Of a stretch of 64,000 nucleotides of DNA, positions 28,456 through 38,286 are shown piece by piece (within the stretch, counting starts at the first letter, position 1; the number at the start of each line of letters is the position of its first letter). The position numbers were made by a program, and so were the translations under genes. A model generated the notes under the pieces. That model saw only the letters and a program-made list of their open reading frames with translations. It was not told the DNA's origin and did not search any database. The DNA is from Candidatus Endomicrobiellum agilis (GTDB lineage Bacteria; Elusimicrobiota; Endomicrobiia; Endomicrobiales; Endomicrobiaceae), in the NCBI GenBank assembly GCA_020328155.1, contig JAIXMX010000002.1, positions 1,847 to 65,846 on the forward strand. Reading direction: 5' to 3'.

Positions 28456-29276
28456 ATAAGTTAGAAGATTTTATGGAACTTAGTTTATCGAGTTTCATAA
28501 AAGTGGTTAAACTTTTAAAGCAGACTATTGAAATTTCAGATATATTGGTAAATGATAAGATAAGTGTGCCGAAAAAAAAGATTCTTCTATACGAGACTTG
28601 GCTATAAAATTTTCAATTTAATTATGAACTTACGTTGAAGACTGTACAGCGTTGTATTATTTTGCATTTTAATTCTTAGATGAAAGTAATTGATTCCAAG
28701 AAGGATTTATTTTGGGCGGCATTTAAATGCGATATTAATTTAATATAAAAATGTCAGGGAGTCAAAAGTATGCCTATGATAAGGCAAAGGAACTAGAATA
28801 TACAAAGCTGCTAATATTTTACCGAAAATACAAAGTATTTGCTTAAAGGACTGGATAAACGGCGTGGGATGAAGATATAGATTTTAGATATAGTAATAGA
28901 ATTGGGAAAATAATCTTGAAAGTGCTGATATTTGCATATATGTTTTTGACTCGCGATAAAAAATATTTAAGGGTAAAGTAGGCGATAAAAAATATCTTCT
29001 GATATTGATTTAGTTTTTGATTGCTGTGAGGAAATATTACCTTATATCCTGATGTAAAGTACGAACTTTAAAAGAGCGATATTCCACATAATGTCGATGT
29101 GATAGATTCAAATGAAATTTCATGCAGTTGTAAAAATTGAAATAGAATATAGATAAAATATCCAGACGGACAACTCTCCTTTTTAAAATAGCTTTTCTAG
29201 ATAATCATATAAAAATGTTAAAGTTTTATGGTGGATAAGACTAATTCGCCATAAAATAGTGTTTAATGGAGTTTTT

Positions 29277-29669
29277 ATGAAAAACAAGTTCCCTGTTTTT
29301 GACAAAATAACACCATCTGTACTTGAAGCAATGCCCTACGAATACGACGGAAAAGATATAAATGTTTGTATTGAAACTGGAGAGTTTACTTGCCTTTGTC
29401 CGTGGACGATGCTTCCTGATTTTGCATATATTGTCATAAATTATATTCCTAATAAGACCGTAGTAGAATTTAAATCTTTAAAATTATACTTGCAGAGTTA
29501 TAGAATGGTTGGTATGGTGCACGAAAGCGTTGTAAACAGTATTTTAAACGATTTGGTAAAAATCATAAAACCCAAAGAACTGTCTATAGATATTAAATTT
29601 GGAATACGTGGGGGAATAACAACAACAGTTTCCGCCGAGTATTTAAGTAAAGAAACGAAAAAGAAATGA
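29277..29669 (+). CDS. queF: NADPH-dependent 7-cyano-7-deazaguanine reductase (unimodular QueF)
   Basis: EFTCLCPWTMLPDFA (catalytic Cys region) and the QueF motif EFKSLKLYLQSY. The ATG at 29277 follows GGAG. Confidence 0.8.
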   Translation: MKNKFPVFDKITPSVLEAMPYEYDGKDINVCIETGEFTCLCPWTMLPDFAYIVINYIPNKTVVEFKSLKLYLQSYRMVGMVHESVVNSILNDLVKIIKPKELSIDIKFGIRGGITTTVSAEYLSKETKKK

Positions 29670-29723
29670 TAAGAGTTTTGTTGTGTAAGTAAGTTTACTT
29701 GCGACGAGTCCGGTTTATTCAAA

Positions 29724-31097
29724 ATGGCGGTAAAAGAAAAACAAATGTTTCGGAAAAATCAGAATATACATTTTGTAGGTATCGGCGGATCCGGAATGTC
29801 CGGTATAGCTGAAGTTTTAATGAATTTAGGATATAAAGTTTCGGGTTCTGATTTAGAAAACACAGATGTTACAGAACATCTCAGAGAAATGGGTGCGAAA
29901 ATTTATATAGGGCATAACGCAAAAAATATACAATCTGCCGAAGTTGTTGTCACTTCTACTGCTATAAGTGAGAGCAATCCTGAAGTTATTGCCGCATTAA
30001 GAAAAAAAATTCCTGTAATCGCACGCATAGAAATGCTTGCTGAACTTGCAAGACTAAAATATACTATAGCAATAGCTGGAACTCATGGTAAAACAACAAC
30101 CACATCGCTTACTTCTCTTATTCTTGACGACGGGGGACTTGATCCCACGGTAGTTATCGGTGGCAGCCTTAAGAATCTTAAGATGAACGCAAGACTGGGT
30201 AGAGGTGATTATATTGTTGTAGAAGCAGACGAATCCGACGGTTCTTTTTTGAAACTTTCACCAGTTATTGCAGTTGTGACAAATATAGATGACGATCATT
30301 TGGATTATTACGGCAATATGGAAAATCTTAAAGAAGCTTTTGTGAAACATATTAACTGCGTTCCGTTTTATGGCGTCGCAATAATTTGTTCCGACGATGA
30401 AATCTCCAGGGAAATAATTCCTAAAATCACTAGAAAATACGTCACTTATGGACTTAATGGAAATCCGAATATTAAAGCTTCAAACATAAAAATATTAAAA
30501 AGCTTTACAAGCTTTGACGTTGTTTATATGGATAGAAAAGTCGGCAGTGTATGTATGAAAATTCTGGGAACGCACAATATATTAAATTCTCTTGCGGCAA
30601 TAGGCGTTGGACTGTGGCTTGACATACCGTTTGATTCAATTGCAAGTGCGATAAATAAATTTGACGGCGTCAGCAGGCGTCTTGAAATAAAAGGTGAAAA
30701 GAATGGTGTGACGATTATCGACGATTATGGTCATCATCCGACTGAAATTGCTGTTACTTTAAAGACTATAAAATGTTTTTGGGCTGAACGTAGGCTTGTT
30801 GTTTTATTCCAACCGCACAGATATACGAGAACAAAACTACTTTTCAATGAATTTGGCAAAAGTTTTTCAGATGCAGATTTTGTAAAAGTTTTAGATATTT
30901 ATCCCGCAGGCGAATGTCCTATAGATGGCGTGACTTCAGATTTAATATTAAAAAGTCTTGTTATGAATAAGTGCAAAGCAGAAAAGTTTTCGGGATTAGA
31001 AGAATTTTCGAGGAATCTTTCCGCTGGCGATATAGTTTTAACTTTGGGGGCAGGTGACGTCTGGAAAAAAGGAGAAGAGTTATTAACTCTGATTTGA
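29724..31097 (+). CDS. murC: UDP-N-acetylmuramate--L-alanine ligase
   Basis: HFVGIGGSGMSGIAEVL, GTHGKTTTT, DDYGHHP. Confidence 0.95.
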   Translation: MAVKEKQMFRKNQNIHFVGIGGSGMSGIAEVLMNLGYKVSGSDLENTDVTEHLREMGAKIYIGHNAKNIQSAEVVVTSTAISESNPEVIAALRKKIPVIARIEMLAELARLKYTIAIAGTHGKTTTTSLTSLILDDGGLDPTVVIGGSLKNLKMNARLGRGDYIVVEADESDGSFLKLSPVIAVVTNIDDDHLDYYGNMENLKEAFVKHINCVPFYGVAIICSDDEISREIIPKITRKYVTYGLNGNPNIKASNIKILKSFTSFDVVYMDRKVGSVCMKILGTHNILNSLAAIGVGLWLDIPFDSIASAINKFDGVSRRLEIKGEKNGVTIIDDYGHHPTEIAVTLKTIKCFWAERRLVVLFQPHRYTRTKLLFNEFGKSFSDADFVKVLDIYPAGECPIDGVTSDLILKSLVMNKCKAEKFSGLEEFSRNLSAGDIVLTLGAGDVWKKGEELLTLI

Positions 31098-31966
31098 TTA
31101 AAACTTTATCTTCTTTTGGATGTAAAATCTTAAAAGACGAGCCACTTTCCAAATATTGTTCCTTTAAAATCGGCGGTCCGGCTGATTTTTTTATTGAGAT
31201 ACTAAACGAGCAGGCTTTATTGGAATTTTTAAAAGTTATGTCAGGAGGTAAATTTTATGTTTTAAGCGGGGGAACAAACGTTCTTTTCTCCGATAAAGGT
31301 TATAGAGGAGCAATTATTCGCCTTGCGGGAGATTTCAGAAAAATCTCCGTTTTAGAGAATGAAATTTCGTGCGGTAGCGGGGTATTGCTTTCAGATGTTT
31401 TAAAAATCGCTCTTGAAAATGATTTAGTGGGTCTTGAATATATGGCGGGAATTCCGGGAACAGTTGGTGGCGCAGTTTACGGAAATACTGGAAGTAAAGA
31501 TGAGTGGATAAGCGCTGCCATAAAGACCGTAGAGGTTTATAAAAACTTGAGAAAAGAGCTTGTAAATAAAGAGGAAATCGTTTTCGGCTATAGAAAGAGC
31601 GGACTTGAAAATTGTATCATTTCAAAAGTCAATTTTTCCTTGAAAAAAGACATGAAAAATGGTAGTTTAAAAAAAATTTCTGGAAATATACGGAAACGTT
31701 TAGAAACACAACCTCTGAATATGCCAAACGCCGGCAGCATATTTAAGAATCCTAACGGATTTAGCGTCGGGAAACTTATTGAAGAAGCCGGTTTAAAAGG
31801 AAAATGCGTGGGCGGCGCTCAGATATCAAAACTTCACGGAAATTTTATAGTAAATACAGGCGGTGCTTTGGCAAAAGATGTTTTAACGCTGATTGATTTA
31901 GTAAAAGAAAGAATAAAAGAAAAATTTAGCATAGATCTCGAAACGGAGATAAAAATAATAAAATGA
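31094..31966 (+). CDS. murB: UDP-N-acetylenolpyruvoylglucosamine reductase
   Basis: FKIGGPADFF, GGTNVL, NAGSIFKNP. Overlaps the murC stop. Confidence 0.92.
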   Translation: MIKTLSSFGCKILKDEPLSKYCSFKIGGPADFFIEILNEQALLEFLKVMSGGKFYVLSGGTNVLFSDKGYRGAIIRLAGDFRKISVLENEISCGSGVLLSDVLKIALENDLVGLEYMAGIPGTVGGAVYGNTGSKDEWISAAIKTVEVYKNLRKELVNKEEIVFGYRKSGLENCIISKVNFSLKKDMKNGSLKKISGNIRKRLETQPLNMPNAGSIFKNPNGFSVGKLIEEAGLKGKCVGGAQISKLHGNFIVNTGGALAKDVLTLIDLVKERIKEKFSIDLETEIKIIK

Positions 31967-32883
31967 TAGATTCTGATATTTTGGCAAAGTTGAATAATAA
32001 AAGAATAGGCGTTTTATATGGCGGGCTTTCAAGCGAAAGAGAGATTTCGATTAAATCCGGCACGGCTGTTTTGAATGCATTAAAAAAATTGAAATTGAAC
32101 GTGTGTGGCATTGATGTGAATAGAGATGTTGCCGAAAAAATTAAAAAAGAAAAGATAGATATTGCATATATAGCTTTGCACGGTCAAATGGGCGAAGACG
32201 GAACAATTCAGGGCATGCTTGAAATATTGGGCGTTCCTTATACGGGTTGCGGTGTTTTTTCAAGTGCTGCTTCTATGGATAAAGATATTTCAAAAAGGAT
32301 ATTCAGATGTGCGGGTATTTTGACGCCCGAATGGAAAACTTTAAAGAAATTTGAAGCCGTGCCTGAAATAAAAAAGTATCCCGTTGTTGTAAAGCCAGTA
32401 TCGCAAGGATCTACAATAGGCGTGGTTATAGTAGAAAAGGTTTCGCAGTTTGTCGACGCTCTAAATGAAGTGTTTAAATATGGTGATGAAATTCTTATTG
32501 AGCAGTTCATAAAGGGCAAAGAAATAACCGTAGGTGTTCTAAACGGTAAAGCGTTGCCGGTTATAGAAATAGTTCCCAAAGGGAAATTTTATGATTTTAA
32601 GTCTAAATACCAAAAAGGCGGCTCACAACATATAATTCCTGCTGGAATAAGCGAAAAGTCTTATAAAACAGCACAGGATATTTCTGAAAAAGTGTATAAA
32701 ATTTTTAAATGCAGGGCAATTTGTCGCGTCGATATGATTGTGAGCGAGGATGATAGAGTATGGGTTCTTGAAAATAATACTATTCCGGGAATGACGGAAA
32801 CTTCTTTGGTTCCTGACGAAGGCAGGACTGTTGGGTATAGTTTTGAGACTTTGGTTCTAAAAATTTTAGAGAGCGCATTATAA
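31963..32883 (+). CDS. ddl: D-alanine--D-alanine ligase
   Basis: GVLYGGLSSEREISIKSG, ALHGQMGEDGTIQG and the ATP-grasp C-terminus (LENNTIPGMTETSL). Confidence 0.95.
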   Translation: MIDSDILAKLNNKRIGVLYGGLSSEREISIKSGTAVLNALKKLKLNVCGIDVNRDVAEKIKKEKIDIAYIALHGQMGEDGTIQGMLEILGVPYTGCGVFSSAASMDKDISKRIFRCAGILTPEWKTLKKFEAVPEIKKYPVVVKPVSQGSTIGVVIVEKVSQFVDALNEVFKYGDEILIEQFIKGKEITVGVLNGKALPVIEIVPKGKFYDFKSKYQKGGSQHIIPAGISEKSYKTAQDISEKVYKIFKCRAICRVDMIVSEDDRVWVLENNTIPGMTETSLVPDEGRTVGYSFETLVLKILESAL

Positions 32884-32884
32884 T

Positions 32885-33688
32885 ATGGCAAAAAAGAAGC
32901 GCTACGTTTACAGACATGTCTCAACGGTAAGCGGTTATTCGCGTTCGCATAAGAAAGGTAGAAAATTTATTAAATTGTTTTTCTATCTTATAGTATTTAT
33001 TTCTGTGGCTTTCGTGGCTTATTTTGGCGGTAAGAAGTTGATAAACCTCGCTTATAAATCTGACAGGATAGTTGTCAAAGATATAGAAGTTACCGGGACA
33101 AAAAATGTCACAAAATCCGAGATAAAAGAGCTGCTTCCTTTTAAAGTAGGTGACAATCTTTTAAAAATCAATCCGTCAAAAGCTGAGGATGAGATAAAAA
33201 GATTAAAGCCGGAATTGAAAAACATTGTAATCAATAGATATTGGCAGAAAGTAAAGATCAGACTTTATGAGAGAACTCCGGCAGCGTTTGTAATGTGCGG
33301 TAACGAAATGCTTGGCATAGATTTTGATAATACTCCTTTTCCTTTGCGTGGTTTTATGGTAACGATGAAAGTGCCGAAGCTTTCTTATAAATCCAATGCC
33401 GAAAGAAAAAAGCTTTTAGATTTTATTAAAAGGTTTAAATCTGTGTGCGGCGGTTTTTTTGTCGATGTTTCTGAAATGCAATTAAACAAGACCGGCGATA
33501 TAATTTTTGTTATGTGTAACGAGACGGTAATTTTGTGGGGTGCCGAAGAACAAGAAATATTATCGCATAAATTTAGAAAGTTTCAGAAAATTTATGCCGA
33601 TGCAATGTCAAAGTACAAACGGCTTGAGTATGTAGATATGACTCTTTATCGTTTTGGAAGAGCAATGGTAAAACCTATGGCGGACTAA
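32885..33688 (+). CDS. ftsQ: Cell division protein FtsQ (POTRA)
   Basis: Single TM followed by a POTRA-like segment (IVVKDIEVTGTKNVTKSEI). Positioned between ddl and ftsA. Confidence 0.8.
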   Translation: MAKKKRYVYRHVSTVSGYSRSHKKGRKFIKLFFYLIVFISVAFVAYFGGKKLINLAYKSDRIVVKDIEVTGTKNVTKSEIKELLPFKVGDNLLKINPSKAEDEIKRLKPELKNIVINRYWQKVKIRLYERTPAAFVMCGNEMLGIDFDNTPFPLRGFMVTMKVPKLSYKSNAERKKLLDFIKRFKSVCGGFFVDVSEMQLNKTGDIIFVMCNETVILWGAEEQEILSHKFRKFQKIYADAMSKYKRLEYVDMTLYRFGRAMVKPMAD

Positions 33689-33873
33689 AATTGTATTTAC
33701 CGAAAAATTGTTGCGGGCAGTAAACGGATGTTTCAAGTCTGTGCCTATTAATGGGGAGCGTTTTCTCAATCTTTGATGTGGTAGATAGATATAATTTAAG
33801 TCTGTCGTGTGTATTTTTCAGGATATATAATCATTATGGGATGCGGTGGACTTTCAATCTAAGGATTTAAATA

Positions 33874-35115
33874 ATGACAAAGCAAGCGCTTACAGCAGGT
33901 CTTGATGTGGGTAGCGGCCAGGTATGTTGTGTCGCTGGAATACGTGATAAAGATTCAAGAATTGTCAAAGTTTTAGGTGTGGCATCTGTTCCGTGCGATG
34001 GTATTAAAGCGGGCGCGGTTATCAATATACAGGAAGCGGCGTTGTCTATAGGCAGGGTTTTTGAAGAAACTGAAAAAGCTGCGGGTGGGCAGATAGGGAA
34101 AGTGGTTGTTGCCATGCGTGGCAATTTTATTAAGTCAAAAAACTTAAAGGGCGTTGCGAATGTAAACCATTCGAACAGAGAAATTACGCAGGAAACCGTT
34201 GAGAATGCTTTGGAAAGTGCAAGAAAGCAGATAAGAATAGATCCCGATCAGGAGGTACTTCAAATAGTTCCTCGCGAATATATATTAAATCAACAAAGAG
34301 GCATACAAAACCCTATTGGCATGGAAGGAACGTATATTGAGGTTGATGTGCGTGCTTTTATAGCTTCAAGCAGCAATATAGGAAATATAACGAAAGCCAT
34401 GAATTCCGTGGGAGTAAAGTACGACGATAGAGTTTATGGATATCTGGCTGCAAGCGATATTTTGGTTACAAGAGAAGAAAAAGAATTGAGTTGCCTTGTA
34501 GTTGATTTCGGCGGACTTACAATAGGTCTTGTCCACTATGTTGACGGCATAATAAGGCATACTGATGAAATTCTGGACGGGTCGGATTATATTACGAGAG
34601 ATATTGGACATAAGCTGAGGGCAGCTTACTCCGTTTCAAAAGGAATTAAAGAAATGTACGGCGCGGCTTTTGTCCATAGTGGTTTTAAAAATGAAAAATT
34701 TGAATACAGCGGTGCCAGCGGACAAAGCGCAAGAAAATGCGACAGACTTGAACTTGTAAACGGTATAATCACACCTAGAATTGACAGGATTTTGTATGAA
34801 ATAAAGCAGATTGTGGACAAGAACAATTATGGGTATGAATTTTTATCTGGTGGAATAATTCTTACGGGAGGTGGTAGTAATCTTTCAGGTCTTGTTGAAG
34901 CATTTGAAAAGGTATTTAACTGTTCTGTAAGAAATGGAACGCCTAATTCCGATAAAGTTATAGGTCCGGATGAAGTGCTGTCAAATCCGTCTTATACTAC
35001 AGGCATAGGTGCAATAGCTTCTAATTTTTTGAGTTCGGAAAACTATGTGCAGAAAAAGTTGACTGGAAACGGCATAGTGTCAAGAATATTGAGGTTGTTT
35101 GAGGAAATTTTTTAA
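33874..35115 (+). CDS. ftsA: Cell division protein FtsA
   Basis: Actin-like fold motifs (GLDVGS, VVDFGGLT, ILTGGGSNLSGL). dcw context. Confidence 0.92.
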   Translation: MTKQALTAGLDVGSGQVCCVAGIRDKDSRIVKVLGVASVPCDGIKAGAVINIQEAALSIGRVFEETEKAAGGQIGKVVVAMRGNFIKSKNLKGVANVNHSNREITQETVENALESARKQIRIDPDQEVLQIVPREYILNQQRGIQNPIGMEGTYIEVDVRAFIASSSNIGNITKAMNSVGVKYDDRVYGYLAASDILVTREEKELSCLVVDFGGLTIGLVHYVDGIIRHTDEILDGSDYITRDIGHKLRAAYSVSKGIKEMYGAAFVHSGFKNEKFEYSGASGQSARKCDRLELVNGIITPRIDRILYEIKQIVDKNNYGYEFLSGGIILTGGGSNLSGLVEAFEKVFNCSVRNGTPNSDKVIGPDEVLSNPSYTTGIGAIASNFLSSENYVQKKLTGNGIVSRILRLFEEIF

Positions 35116-35116
35116 A

Positions 35117-36214
35117 ATGAGCGTAAAAATAGCGTTGCCTACAAAAAAAACAAACGCAGGACAGCATGCAGTAATAAAAATTCTGGGCGTTGGAGGTGGG
35201 GGATGTAATGCCGTTAACAGAATGATTGCAGCGAATGTCGGTAACGTTGAATTTGTAGCTATTAATACTGATGCGCAGGTTTTGCTTAAATCTTCGGCTC
35301 CAGATATACTCCAAATTGGCGAAAAAATAACGAAGGGACTTGGCGTAGGAGGAAACCCTGAAGTCGGCAGACAGGCAGCTGAAGAGAGTGCGGAAGAAAT
35401 TAGAGGAAGGCTTGTGGGCGCAGATATGGTTTTTGTCACAGCGGGAATGGGTGGCGGGACAGGAACTGGAGTAGCCCCAATGGTTGCTAAATTTGCAAAA
35501 GAAAAGGGGATACTCACTATAGGTGTTGTCACAAAACCTTTTGAACATGAAGGTAAAGTGAGAATGACTCAAGCTGAAGAGGGAATTAAAAATCTTAAAG
35601 GATATACGGACGCTTTAATCGTTATTCCAAATGAAAAAGTTTTTAATATTATAAACGAAAGAGTCGCTCTTGATGCTTTTTATCAGATTATCGACGATGT
35701 TTTAAGACAGAGTATTCAGGCTATTACTGACGTTATAACCATTACTGGCGAAATCAATAGAGATTTTGCCGATGTAAAAAATATTTTGAGTAATTCAGGC
35801 ACTGCGCTGATAGGTATAGGCGAAAGTACGAGTTCCAACGTTAAAGAGGCTGTAAAAAAAGCGGTAACAAGTCCTCTTCTTGACAATTATGATATTTCAA
35901 AAGCTAAAAATGCGCTTGTCAATGTAACAATAAATTCTAGTGCCAACGCTTTAACGCTGCAGGAAATATTTCAAGATATTGCAAGTTACGGTATTAATGG
36001 GCATGTTTTTTTCGGACATACTATAGACAACAGGCTCGATGATAAAATTAAAGTTACCATCATTGCTACAGGCTTTGAGACAAATGATCCTGCCGCTGCA
36101 AAAAATAAGGAGTCGCTATACGATTTTTTTTCACAGCAGGATTTGCTTAAGCCCGAAGAAATAGATCCGTCAAAGCCGGCATATACGTATTGGAAACCCA
36201 TGTTCTTGAAATAG
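35117..36214 (+). CDS. ftsZ: Cell division GTPase FtsZ
   Basis: IKILGVGGGGCNAVNRM and the tubulin signature GGGTGTG. The ATG at 35117 lies directly after the ftsA stop. Confidence 0.97.
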   Translation: MSVKIALPTKKTNAGQHAVIKILGVGGGGCNAVNRMIAANVGNVEFVAINTDAQVLLKSSAPDILQIGEKITKGLGVGGNPEVGRQAAEESAEEIRGRLVGADMVFVTAGMGGGTGTGVAPMVAKFAKEKGILTIGVVTKPFEHEGKVRMTQAEEGIKNLKGYTDALIVIPNEKVFNIINERVALDAFYQIIDDVLRQSIQAITDVITITGEINRDFADVKNILSNSGTALIGIGESTSSNVKEAVKKAVTSPLLDNYDISKAKNALVNVTINSSANALTLQEIFQDIASYGINGHVFFGHTIDNRLDDKIKVTIIATGFETNDPAAAKNKESLYDFFSQQDLLKPEEIDPSKPAYTYWKPMFLK

Positions 36215-37458
36215 AATTATAGACTTTTGTATTTATGCCTTTCTTATCCGTTGAGAAAAGAAGCCGATTAGCTGGTATGAATTGCAATTTAATTCGCTTG
36301 AAGTGCGACTTGAGAACGCGCAAATGCGAAGTGTATATTATTGCAATTTTTACGCAACGCTCAATTGCGTCCTACTTGCCCGGAACCGGATTATGATTCA
36401 GTTTATTGAGAACGGCGCACAGATAAAACTGACGGAGTTTAGATGTCTATAAGGCGTCAATAGACAGATGAATTGCGAGTTGCAACAGTACGGAAACATT
36501 ATTCTTGCGGTTCAGCAAGCGATAGACGACACACGGAGTCTAGGAGCGGTAAACAATATACTTAAGGTAAGTTACACATGAAACCCTGCTTTGCTTATCT
36601 GTCGGAACGTCCTCTTATTTTTAGAGGGCGGCGCCCTCGGACTTTTCGCTTAAATATCTGAAAGGTTTGGGAATGTCGCAAAGATATCTTGATTTTTTGA
36701 GAGAGAATGGGCATAGAAAAGAAGACCTTAAAGCTATGGGAATATAAAGACGTATGGGTAATTTGTTGAAATTATCTCTTTCGTTCCTTGCTTTAACCTC
36801 CGGGATAGCTTCTGGTTTGTACGCTAAGCGTATGATAATTATGTTAAAATCAAAGATCCTTTAAGTGGTTCTATTAGATGTCCTTGTTGCTGCCTTGCTT
36901 CTTTCGCTTTCTTTGCTGAAGCGTGTTTTTTTTATTAGTTTATTTGTCTTTAATAATTTATAATTTTTCTTCCTTCCTGCGTAACTACCCGTTCTTATGA
37001 GAATTTAAGTTTAGAAGAAACTCAAAAAGCTGCAGCTGTTGCTCAGACTGAAAGCAGTTTTTGGAGTAAGATTGCTAGTATTTTTACGACGCTTGTTCGC
37101 TTTTTAGAGGCTTTAGTTGCATATCAAGATTTAAACGCGCCCGCTTGGATTTACGTAAAGCCTTATAGTCCATTTAAAAATAATTACCATTACCATTGTT
37201 GTAGATATTAAAAATGTATAAAATTATTATAGAAAGGAAGTTGAATAATATTCGTATTGCTACTCGCGAAGTCTATGCAGTCGCACAAGCATTGTCTTAT
37301 TCGATGTATTTATGCTTTATGGCGAAAGAAAATTTCCTATTTTAGTTCCTTTAGCGATTACAATGTTTATAGGTTTTTTAGTTACTTTTATGCTTTATTT
37401 AAATATACGCTGTCGTCCTCATTGTTGTTGTTATTATTCTTATTAAAAACGGTGGTTT

Positions 37459-37869
37459 ATGTCAAAGAATGTCCGTATTTATTTGGTTTGTTTCTTATTT
37501 TTAGGTTTATGCTTGTTGTTTGGAGTTCTGTCTCTTGCCAAAAAAACTGAGGTGCTTGACGAAGAACATAAGGTGCTTGTTGAAAAATATAATGTGCTTT
37601 GTGAAAGCTTAGCTAGTTTTTTAAACTTAGAAGTTGAGTCGTTTGGCGAAAGGCGTGTTGACATTTTAAAGTATTATGCACCTTTACGTGTTCATAAGGG
37701 GCTTGTCGAAGGATATAATAAGATTGCCAAAGAGCATAATAAGTTTATCGAAAAAGCTGAGACGCTTGACAAAAAAGATAAGAGAGAATTGATAAAGCTT
37801 TATAAAAAATCGGTAAAAGTTCTTGAAAAATCATTTGATATAATTTCAAAAGCTTGTAGTAATCTTTAA
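37459..37869 (+). CDS. Membrane-anchored hypothetical protein (136 aa)
   Basis: N-terminal helix IYLVCFLFLGLCLLFGVLSLA followed by a Lys/Glu-rich helical body. I recognised no family. Confidence 0.45.
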   Translation: MSKNVRIYLVCFLFLGLCLLFGVLSLAKKTEVLDEEHKVLVEKYNVLCESLASFLNLEVESFGERRVDILKYYAPLRVHKGLVEGYNKIAKEHNKFIEKAETLDKKDKRELIKLYKKSVKVLEKSFDIISKACSNL

Positions 37870-38286
37870 AATTGATTAATATTATTAGTTGAAATTACGC
37901 AAAGAAACGGGGGCGGTTTGTATTGCGCAAAATATATTCTCAAAGATATAAATCCGAAGCGGATATATACTATACTGCCTAAGCTGTCTGCCCGCCGTTG
38001 TCTTTCGTTTTTCTCGTATATTAAGTTGCTTGTTCGCGATGTCGCGAACCTAAATGACTCATTTTCGCTGTTCAATCTGTGTAAGTCGTTGCCGTTGTTG
38101 TGTCTTTTAGGTATGTTGATTTAGCGTGTGCGTGTTATGCGTGTAAGAAAATGTTTTACCAGCGTGCTGCATTCCTTAATATTGCTCTTTAGTCCTGCAA
38201 TTAAGCATGCTGTAGGTTCGGACAGGCGATTCGCACTTGGTCATTTATTTTAATTTTAATGTAGTATTTTGTATAATATTATTACT

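Noticed and set aside
29229-29235. TGGTGGA (reverse complement of TCCACCA), a possible tmRNA or tRNA 3' end on the minus strand.
   Set aside because: The upstream minus-strand sequence is the queF coding region and carries no T-arm or acceptor pairing.
35021-35572. Two overlapping minus-strand ORFs (183 and 150 aa) opposite the 5' part of ftsZ.
   Set aside because: FtsZ on the plus strand is certain. The antisense frames are Cys/Ser/Pro-rich shadow ORFs produced by the Gly-rich GGN codons of ftsZ.
36380-36650. RNase P RNA-like fragments: AGATGAAT...ACAGTACGG and GCGGTAAAC on the + strand; GAAAAGTCCGAGGGC and CAGGGT..GTAAC..CCT on the - strand.
   Set aside because: The motif look-alikes are split between opposite strands. 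On either strand alone they occur in the wrong order relative to the conserved regions CR-I to CR-V. No P4 pairing could be built, so they are treated as chance resemblance.
37257-37550. A 97-aa plus-strand ORF overlapping the start of 37459..37869.
   Set aside because: It has a TTG start and its composition is dominated by F/L/S/Y from T-rich DNA. It overlaps a better-supported ATG-initiated membrane-anchored ORF.
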